DNA of 32,000 nt from Synechococcus elongatus PCC 6301 (GTDB lineage Bacteria; Cyanobacteriota; Cyanobacteriia; Synechococcales; Synechococcaceae), in assembly GCF_000010065.1 (NCBI RefSeq), contig NC_006576.1, forward strand, positions 2,550,001 to 2,582,000, read 5' to 3'. Every line of letters begins with the position of its first letter. Within the stretch, counting starts at the first letter, position 1. Shown piece by piece: positions 25,365 through 32,000 of the stretch. The position numbers and the translations under genes are program-made. The notes beneath the pieces were generated by a model. That model did not search any database. It had not been told where the DNA came from and was given only the letters and a program-made list of their open reading frames with translations.

Positions 25365-27455
25365 CTAAAGAATCCCCGAACGAACAATCACGGAATCGAT
25401 CGCTTTAATCGCCAGAAATGGTGCAATCAAGCCGCCCAGTCCGTAGATCAAGAGATTGCGTTGTAACAGCTCGTTGGCAGTGAGGGGCCGGAATTTAACA
25501 CCTTTGAGCGCCAGCGGAATCAAGGCTGGAATGATCAAGGCGTTGTAGAGCATCGCAGCCAGCAGCGCCGATCGTGGGGTGGCTAGACCCATCACATTCA
25601 AGGGGGCTAACCCGGCGTTGATGAACAGGGCCGGCAAAATCGCAAAGTACTTGGCGACATCGTTGGCGATCGAAAAGGTTGTTAAGGCACCGCGGGTAAT
25701 CAACAATTGCTTGCCGATCGTCACCACATCGATCAACTTGGTTGGGTCTGAGTCCAGATCGACCATGTTGGCGGCTTCCTTAGCGGCTTGGGTGCCGGAA
25801 TTCATGGCGAGACCAACATTGGCTTGGGCCAAAGCGGGGGCGTCATTGGTGCCATCCCCGGTCATGGCCACCAGTTTGCCCTGGCTTTGCTCGGCTTGAA
25901 TCACGGCGATTTTGTCTTCCGGTGTGGCTTCGGCAATGAAGTCATCGACCCCGGCTTCGGCCGCAATCACCGAGGCGGTCAGATGGTTATCGCCGGTCAG
26001 CATGACGGTACGAATGCCCATGCGCCGCAGCTGATCGAAGCGCTCACGAATGCCAGTCTTGATGATGTCTTTGAGGTAGATGACGCCGTAGATTTCTGAG
26101 TCGATACAGACGGCGAGCGGAGTGCCGCCCAAGCGCGAGATCTGTTCAAAGGCGGCGTCTAAATCGGCGGGAATGCTGCCGCCTCGCGATCGCGCAAAGC
26201 CTTTAATCGCATCGACCGCCCCTTTGCGAAACTCCTGCCCATCCGAAGTGTCGGTGCCACTCATCCGAGTCCGTGCTGAAAAATCGATGCCGGTGGTCGA
26301 TGGCCAGTCAAAGTCCAATTGCCCCAGCTGACTTTCTGCCAAGCGGACAATCGATTTGCCCTCCGGCGTGTTGTCAAAATAGCTGGCAATCCAAGCCGCT
26401 CTAGCGACATCTGCAGGCGATCGCCCAGCAAGAGAAATGAAGGAATCCGCTAAACGGTTGCCAAGGGTAATCGTGCCGGTCTTGTCGAGAACGAGGGTAT
26501 TGATATCACCGCAGGCTTCAACGGCGCGACCGGAAGTTGCAATCACATTAAATTGCGCCACCCGATCCATGCCAGCGATGCCGATCGCACTCAAGAGACC
26601 GCCGATCGTGGTCGGAATCAACGCGACGAGTAGAGCAATCAGCGTGGCGACGGGGGTCGGACTGCCGAGGTAGGTGGCGATCGGTGACAGCGTCGCGATC
26701 GCAATCAGAAAGATTTGCGTCAAAACCGCCAACAGCACCGTCAGGGCAATTTCGTTCGGGGTTTTGCTGCGTTTGGCCCCTTCGACCAGCTGGATCATGC
26801 GATCGATGAAGCCTTTGCCCGGTTCGGAGGTGATTTGAATCGTCAATTGATCCGAGATCACCCGCGTCCCCCCAGTGACGGAACTGGCTACATCTGAGCC
26901 TGCTTCCTTGAGGACAGGAGCCGATTCGCCGGTAATCGCCGATTCATCGACGGAGGCGACCCCCGCAATCACTTCGCCATCGGCAGGGATCATCTCTCCT
27001 GCTGCCACGACAACGCGATCGCCCTTGCGAAGCTCCGGGGAGTTGACCGATTCGACCGTACCGCCGGCCGTCAGTCGCCGCGCTAGGGTCTGGGTCTGTG
27101 TAGCTCGCAGGGCATCGGCCTGCGCTTTGCCGCGCCCTTCTGCGATCGCTTCAGCGGCGTTGGCAAACCAAACCGTCAGAAACAGGGTTAGGCAAATCAG
27201 AGCATTGAACGAACGTGCTCCCGGCTCGTTGCTGCTGCCAAATAAGCCTGGATCGAGGACGAGCAGAAACGTAAGGACCGTGCCGAGCCAGACGACGAAC
27301 ATCACCGGATTGCGAACGACCTGGCGAGGATCGAGTTTGCGAAAGGCTTCAAAAAAGGCGCGCCGATACAGTCCTTGGCGTTGGGGTTGAGCGAGGTGTC
27401 GGCGCTGCGATCGCGGTCCACCCGGCGCACGATGATGACGGGAAAGCACGGACAT
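25365..27455 (-). CDS. kdpB: K+-transporting P-type ATPase subunit B
   Basis: 696 aa; [11 protein letters not shown] phosphorylation motif, [59 protein letters not shown]. Confidence 0.99.
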   Translation of the reverse strand: MSVLSRHHRAPGGPRSQRRHLAQPQRQGLYRRAFFEAFRKLDPRQVVRNPVMFVVWLGTVLTFLLVLDPGLFGSSNEPGARSFNALICLTLFLTVWFANAAEAIAEGRGKAQADALRATQTQTLARRLTAGGTVESVNSPELRKGDRVVVAAGEMIPADGEVIAGVASVDESAITGESAPVLKEAGSDVASSVTGGTRVISDQLTIQITSEPGKGFIDRMIQLVEGAKRSKTPNEIALTVLLAVLTQIFLIAIATLSPIATYLGSPTPVATLIALLVALIPTTIGGLLSAIGIAGMDRVAQFNVIATSGRAVEACGDINTLVLDKTGTITLGNRLADSFISLAGRSPADVARAAWIASYFDNTPEGKSIVRLAESQLGQLDFDWPSTTGIDFSARTRMSGTDTSDGQEFRKGAVDAIKGFARSRGGSIPADLDAAFEQISRLGGTPLAVCIDSEIYGVIYLKDIIKTGIRERFDQLRRMGIRTVMLTGDNHLTASVIAAEAGVDDFIAEATPEDKIAVIQAEQSQGKLVAMTGDGTNDAPALAQANVGLAMNSGTQAAKEAANMVDLDSDPTKLIDVVTIGKQLLITRGALTTFSIANDVAKYFAILPALFINAGLAPLNVMGLATPRSALLAAMLYNALIIPALIPLALKGVKFRPLTANELLQRNLLIYGLGGLIAPFLAIKAIDSVIVRSGIL

Positions 27456-27497
27456 GGGTTAGCCCATCCAGCAATGAGGACAGTGGATTCGGTCCAA

Positions 27498-29177
27498 TTA
27501 GCGATAGACCTGCAGAGCTTCGGCGATCGGCCCCAGCGCCAGCACGGGGAAAAAGGTCAAAGCCCCCAGAATGACGACCACAATCGCGGTGACGCCAGTA
27601 AACAGGGGCGTATCGCTGCGCAGGCTGCCGGCCGTCGGGGGGAGTTGGGGCTTTTGACCAAAGCCAGCCGCCAAGGCCAAGAGTGCTGCGATCGGAATAA
27701 AGCGACCTCCGAGCAGACTCACACTGGTACTGAGGTTCCACCAGAGTGTGTCGTCGGCGATCCCTTCTAGCCCAGAACCGTTGTTGGCACTGGCGGAGGC
27801 GTATTCGTAGATGGCTTGGCTGACCCCGTGGGGACCGGCTTGGCTCAGCCCCTGAACAATATCGGGTTGGGAGAGGGCGATCGCGCCTGGAATTAGGACG
27901 AAGAGCGGATGGATCAGCAGGATCAGGCTGGCGAGAACGACTTGAGGCTTCTCGATTTTGCGGCCCTGGAATTCCGGCGTGCGACCGACCATCAGCCCCG
28001 TCACGAAAATGCTGAGCAGCACAAAGATGATGAGGTAGGCGGCGCCCAGTCCCTGCCCGCCAAAGATGACCTGCAGAAATAGGGCAAAAAGCAGGGCGAG
28101 GTCACTCAAAGGCATCAGCGAATCGAGATCGGCGTTGACTGCGCCGGTCATGGTGCTGGTGGTGATCACAGACCAGAAGGACGATTGCAGCCAGCCAAAC
28201 CGCACTTCCTTCCCTTCCAAGTTGGGGCCTTGCAGCCAAGTTTGTAGCAGAGGATTACCGGCGGCTTCACTGCTGGCAGTGAGGCTGACGAGGGCCAGCA
28301 ACAGTGCGGTTGCCAAGGCCAACAGCAGCCAGGCCTGTCGTCGATTGCCTAGGAAGCGACCATAGGTGTCGAGTAGCGCTGCGGGAATGGCCAGCATGGC
28401 GATCGCTTCGAGCCAGTTGCTGAGGGCGCTGGGGTTTTCGTAGGGATGGGCCGAATTGGCTGCCAGAAATCCGCCGCCGTTTTCCCCCAAGAGTTTGATT
28501 GCCTCAAGGTGGGCGATCGGGCCCCGAGCGATTGCCTGAGTCGAGCCATCCAAGGTCTGAGCGATCGCCACCCCATCGAGGGTTTCAGGCACCCCCAGCG
28601 CCAGCAAGATCACGGCAAAGCTGAAGGAGAGTGGGATCAGCACTCGCGTCAGGCTGAGGGTCCAGTCGCGATAAAAGTTCCCCAGCCCCTGACCGGCGAG
28701 GCCGCGGACAAAAGCGATACCTACTGCCAGCCCCGTAGCTGCTGAGGTAAACATCAAAAAGCCGATCACCCCGATCTGGCTGGCATTGCTGAGGCTGAGC
28801 TCACCGCTGTAGTGCTGCTGGTCGGTGTTGGTGACGAAGGAAATGATCGTGTGCAGGGCCAAATCCCAGCGCAGAGGCGATCGCTGACTGGGGTTGAGTG
28901 GTAGCCAAGCCTGGAGTGAGAGTAACCCCCAACTGAGAACTGCGGTAACGGCATTAACCCAGAGGAGCGATCGCAGATACTGACCGGTGGGCATCGACTG
29001 ACTGGAGTCAACGGTGATCCAGCGAAAGAGACGTTGCTCCCAGGGAGTGCAGAGGCGATCGAGCAGACTAGATTGATCACTAAAAACGCGCCACAGATAA
29101 TTCCCCAACAGGGGCGTCATCAGAATCACCGGCAAGAGGGTGAGTCCAACTTCTAACAAACGCAGCATCAGCCTCAA
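27498..29177 (-). CDS. kdpA: K+-transporting ATPase subunit A
   Basis: 559 aa; SFVTNTDQQHYSGE, LGENGGGFLAANSAHPYENPSALSN, FMVGRTPEFQGRKIE-like segment (LMVGRTPEFQGRKIEKPQV). Confidence 0.97.
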   Translation of the reverse strand: MRLMLRLLEVGLTLLPVILMTPLLGNYLWRVFSDQSSLLDRLCTPWEQRLFRWITVDSSQSMPTGQYLRSLLWVNAVTAVLSWGLLSLQAWLPLNPSQRSPLRWDLALHTIISFVTNTDQQHYSGELSLSNASQIGVIGFLMFTSAATGLAVGIAFVRGLAGQGLGNFYRDWTLSLTRVLIPLSFSFAVILLALGVPETLDGVAIAQTLDGSTQAIARGPIAHLEAIKLLGENGGGFLAANSAHPYENPSALSNWLEAIAMLAIPAALLDTYGRFLGNRRQAWLLLALATALLLALVSLTASSEAAGNPLLQTWLQGPNLEGKEVRFGWLQSSFWSVITTSTMTGAVNADLDSLMPLSDLALLFALFLQVIFGGQGLGAAYLIIFVLLSIFVTGLMVGRTPEFQGRKIEKPQVVLASLILLIHPLFVLIPGAIALSQPDIVQGLSQAGPHGVSQAIYEYASASANNGSGLEGIADDTLWWNLSTSVSLLGGRFIPIAALLALAAGFGQKPQLPPTAGSLRSDTPLFTGVTAIVVVILGALTFFPVLALGPIAEALQVYR

Positions 29178-29289
29178 CCGATGGAAATTGTGGAGATTGA
29201 AGGTTGGCCCTAGCGAGTGCTAGAACCAGTAAGATTCACAGTGTTGACAACAATGTGTATTTCAAAAATATCCGCTGATTTTTTTATGT

Positions 29290-29315
29290 TTTGTCTATTG
29301 CATTGAGTAGACAAA
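29290..29315. promoter_or_regulatory. Dyad symmetry in the AT-rich region upstream of kdpA; operator candidate
   Basis: TTTGTCTA (29290-29297) / TAGACAAA (29308-29315), perfect 8 bp, 10-nt spacer, about 110 bp upstream of the kdpA start. Confidence 0.4.
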
Positions 29316-29376
29316 TTAGGACTTTTTAGTTTGGGCTAACAAGCCCCCAGCCCATGATCAATGACAGCAAGTCCTA

Positions 29377-29438
29377 GCCGTCTCAATTGCGACTCAACTG
29401 GGGTTAGTTACCGTAATGACTGTCTTAGCTGAGACGGC
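29377..29438. repeat. Inverted repeat with 44-nt interior, potential structured RNA or IS remnant
   Basis: GCCGTCTCA (29377-29385) / TGAGACGGC (29430-29438), perfect 9 bp. Confidence 0.5.
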
Positions 29439-29453
29439 CACAAACCAGGAATC

Positions 29454-29469
29454 AAGGGCTTCAGCCCTT
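29454..29469. terminator. Tight hairpin in the kdpA/murD intergenic region
   Basis: AAGGGC (29454-29459) - TTCA - GCCCTT (29464-29469). Confidence 0.4.
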
Positions 29470-29693
29470 TGTCCTCAAGGATTGTAGTCCTAATCTCTTT
29501 ACAGACTGCCTTGCCTAGAGGACAAGCTTGCTAAAGCGATCGCGGCTTAGCGGGTACTCCAGGGAAAGACCCTAAGACCAACACAATAGACCTCCTCAAC
29601 AGCCGTCATAAGGTGTTATTCCCAGTGATGAACAGTTGTGCAGGGAGTTGTGGACGGAGCTAGCCGATCGCCTGTTTCGGTCAGGTTCGGGGC

Positions 29694-31097
29694 TTAGCCT
29701 TTGGCGATCGCTTGCGCACAGCGCCGGAAGTGATCGCCTCGTGCTTCAAAATTCGGGTACTGATCAAAGCTGGCGCAGGCCGGTGACAGCAAGACGTGCG
29801 ATGCATCTAGGGACTGAGCCAGTTCTACCGCTCGGGGCACCGCGCGATCGAGAGTTTCTGCATTTTCCACTGGACTGCTGTAGCCGACTTCTGCGAGTCG
29901 CCGCGCAAACAGTGGTGCCGCCGAACCAATCAGTAGCACGGCTCTGGCCTTAGCTTGAATTAAGTCCAGCCACGCTTGATCGTCGCCCTGCTTCGCTTCG
30001 CCACCCGCAATCAAAATTGTTGGGCCTGGCACAGCCTGCAGCCCCACCCAAGCCGCATCGTAGTTCGTGGCTTTACTGTCGTTGATCAGCTCAATTCCCT
30101 GCCAAGTCGCCACGCGTTCCAGGCGATGCGCAATCCCCGGAAAGTTGGCCATAGCTTCAGCGATCGCCTCAGCCTCAATCCCCGCTAGTCGAGCGGCGGC
30201 GACTGCCATCAGCAAGTTTTGTTGGTTATGATTGCCGACCATGCTGAAGCGTTCGACAGGGAAGAGGCGATCACCGCGATCGATCACCCAGCCTTCTTCG
30301 ATCCAAAAACCACGATCGCGACTCGTCGGTAGTGCCTCTGCACCTTGGGTGCTGGTCCAAAATGCTAGCGGCCAGCGGCTGGTGGCATTGGCTTGATTTC
30401 GCAAATAGGGATCATCGCCATTCAACACCTGTTGCTGAGCGCGATCGAGCAAACTGGCCTTGATCGTGAAGTAGTTTTCGAGGGTGTAGTGACGGTTGAG
30501 GTGATCGGGCGTAAAGGTTGTCCACAGGCCGATCGTTGCCGCCAGAGTCGCCGCCGCCTCAATTTGATAACTGCTGGCTTCTGCAATCACCCAGTCCAGC
30601 GGCTTGGCCTCGCCCTGTTGCTGTTGGCGGGCAACTTCACAAGCAGCGAAGCCAATATTGCCGCAGGCGGGAGCTTGTAAGCCTGCCCGCTCAAAAATCG
30701 CCGCAATGAGAGCCGTGGTTGTTGTCTTGCCGTTGGTGCCGGTCACTGCCACCCAGGGAATGTCGGAGAGCGTCCGCCAAGCCAGCTCCAGTTCGCCGAG
30801 GGTTTCAATTTGCAGTTCCTCAGCCGCTTGCCGTAGACCGGGCAGATCCCAGGGGACTCCGGGGCTGACAACGATGCAGTTGGGGCGTTGTTCGGGCGTT
30901 TGCCAGCCCCAAGCGACCGGGTCAAGGCTTTCACCTAGGCGGAATTGCACGCCCTGACTCACGAGCTCAGGGGGAGCAGCTACGGCGTTGCGATCGCTCA
31001 GTTCTACTTGCCAGCCCTGCTGCCGCAGCAGCAATGCCGCCGCACAACCCGACTTCCCGAGACCGATCACATGGGCATGCTGCATGGCCAATGGCAC
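29694..31097 (-). CDS. murD: UDP-N-acetylmuramoylalanine--D-glutamate ligase
   Basis: 467 aa; WVAVTGTNGKTTTTALIAAIFERAG, FTPDHLNRHYTLENYFTIKASLLD, INDSKATNYDAAWVGLQAVPGPTILIAGGEAKQGD, LSPACASFDQYPNFEARGDHF. Confidence 0.98.
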   Translation of the reverse strand: MPLAMQHAHVIGLGKSGCAAALLLRQQGWQVELSDRNAVAAPPELVSQGVQFRLGESLDPVAWGWQTPEQRPNCIVVSPGVPWDLPGLRQAAEELQIETLGELELAWRTLSDIPWVAVTGTNGKTTTTALIAAIFERAGLQAPACGNIGFAACEVARQQQQGEAKPLDWVIAEASSYQIEAAATLAATIGLWTTFTPDHLNRHYTLENYFTIKASLLDRAQQQVLNGDDPYLRNQANATSRWPLAFWTSTQGAEALPTSRDRGFWIEEGWVIDRGDRLFPVERFSMVGNHNQQNLLMAVAAARLAGIEAEAIAEAMANFPGIAHRLERVATWQGIELINDSKATNYDAAWVGLQAVPGPTILIAGGEAKQGDDQAWLDLIQAKARAVLLIGSAAPLFARRLAEVGYSSPVENAETLDRAVPRAVELAQSLDASHVLLSPACASFDQYPNFEARGDHFRRCAQAIAKG

Positions 31098-31190
31098 TCA
31101 AACGATTTCTGATCGTACCGCCACTGTTGCGATCGCTCGCCTAGGCTAGTAGAAGCAGCTCATCTGCTGCGATCGCATGCGAGAACGGTC

Positions 31191-31895
31191 ATGTTGGGGA
31201 GAAAGCTGATTGCCCTTGGCGGCCTGATCTGGGTCCTAGGATCAGCCCTGCCGGCGATCGCGGAATGGACGCCAGCTGCCAAGAGCACGGTAGAAAGCAA
31301 GCTTGTTCTGCTCTGGCGATCGGTCTTCCGCAAGCTCGATCGCGAGTTCAAAGTTCCTGCTTTTGTGGACGCCAGCGGCAACTGGGTTACCCAAAAAGAA
31401 GCACGCCGCTATTCCCCCTGCGGGGATGTTTTTTTGGCGCATTACTGCGTGCGGGATGGCAACATCTACTTCAATGAAAGCGAGCTGAGTGGCATCGCCC
31501 TAGAGCTGGGTGACAGTGCGGCCTTTTTGGCCTTGATTCACGAGTATGGCCACGCCATTCAACACCGGTTGGGCTTGCTCAGAGCCGATCGCCCGCTCAA
31601 AGAAATTGAGCTGGAAGCCGACTGCTTTGCGGGCGTGCAGATGGCCTACCTCAACGACCTCGATCTATTGGAGCCCAATGATCTCGATGAAGTTGTGAGC
31701 GCCTACGGACTCTACGGCGACTACGACATCACCTCCAGCAGCCACCACGGTACGCCTGAGGAACGAATCCAGTGGTTTTTCAAGGGCTTTCAAAAAGGCA
31801 TGGCCGCTTGTCTTCTGCCAGCCAAACAACCGCAGAAGCCCCCCGAAAAAACCGCCAGCCACAGCAATTGCAGTTCTCGGGTCACGGTTTTGTAG
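31191..31895 (+). CDS. Secreted neutral zinc metallopeptidase (HEXXH), YpfJ-like
   Basis: 234 aa; signal peptide KLIALGGLIWVLGSALPAIA; GDSAAFLALIHEYGHAIQHRLG and EIELEADCFAGVQMAYL, the typical zincin HEXXH...ExEADC arrangement. Confidence 0.88.
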   Translation: MLGRKLIALGGLIWVLGSALPAIAEWTPAAKSTVESKLVLLWRSVFRKLDREFKVPAFVDASGNWVTQKEARRYSPCGDVFLAHYCVRDGNIYFNESELSGIALELGDSAAFLALIHEYGHAIQHRLGLLRADRPLKEIELEADCFAGVQMAYLNDLDLLEPNDLDEVVSAYGLYGDYDITSSSHHGTPEERIQWFFKGFQKGMAACLLPAKQPQKPPEKTASHSNCSSRVTVL

Positions 31896-31945
31896 GATGA
31901 TCGCCTGTCACTCGGCAGCAGCAACGGGTTCTTAACAGTCGCGAC

Positions 31946-31999
31946 CTAGAGAAAGCGATTCAGTTCAGGAACGGTTTGCCATTCACCGCTGCGCTGTGA
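31946..31999 (-). CDS. Possible C-terminal end of an off-window minus-strand gene
   Basis: Open reading to the window edge: ...SQRSGEWQTVPELNRFL*. Only 17 codons visible. Confidence 0.25.
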   Translation of the reverse strand, partial: SQRSGEWQTVPELNRFL

Positions 32000-32000
32000 C

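Noticed and set aside
25579-27390. Series of plus-strand ORFs (106, 103, 69, 78, 171 aa) antisense to kdpB
   Set aside because: Typical antisense open frames of a GC-rich, highly conserved P-type ATPase gene; no independent start-site or motif support.
1-32000. CRISPR array, tandem repeats, toxin-antitoxin pair, integrase or phage genes
   Set aside because: No regularly spaced direct repeats, cas-like proteins or mobile-element enzymes seen; repeated short words are mostly HIP1 sites.

Overview
The window reads as a gene-dense cyanobacterial chromosome segment. The pervasive HIP1 octamer GCGATCGC, the psbQ and psb28 genes, and an 'orf81' NIL-domain gene inside a sulfate-permease cluster all strongly resemble Synechococcus elongatus (PCC 7942/6301-like). 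That species call is from recall of gene order, not from a search. Left part: 3' end of a GDP-fucose-synthase-like gene, MATE transporter, HxlR regulator, double-CDGSH protein, pirin, CsgG-like protein, GyrA/ParC-like topoisomerase, single-domain response regulator and a solitary Mrr-type endonuclease. Centre (about 8.7-19.2 kb): a sulfur locus with a YeeE/YedE gene that appears frame-split, an unannotated small secreted ORF, a periplasmic rhodanese, two tandem sulfate-permease sets (sbp2-cysT2-cysW2 and sbpA-cysT-orf81-cysR-cysW) and a divergent cysA. Right part: psb28/psbQ divergent pair, an FAD oxidoreductase, small membrane proteins, a CCB-type cofactor-assembly protein, VanY carboxypeptidase, kdpA-kdpB-(kdpF-like 48 aa ORF)-kdpC without adjacent kdpDE, murD and an HEXGH metalloprotease. 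I found no CRISPR array, rRNA, convincing tRNA or intact mobile element. The most interesting items are the YeeE/YedE frame split, the 50-aa secreted ORF in the sulfur gene run, the unannotated kdpF-like ORF, the asymmetric duplicated sulfate transporters, a dyad upstream of kdpA, and a structured possible transposon remnant between kdpA and murD. None can be called a new system from sequence reading alone.
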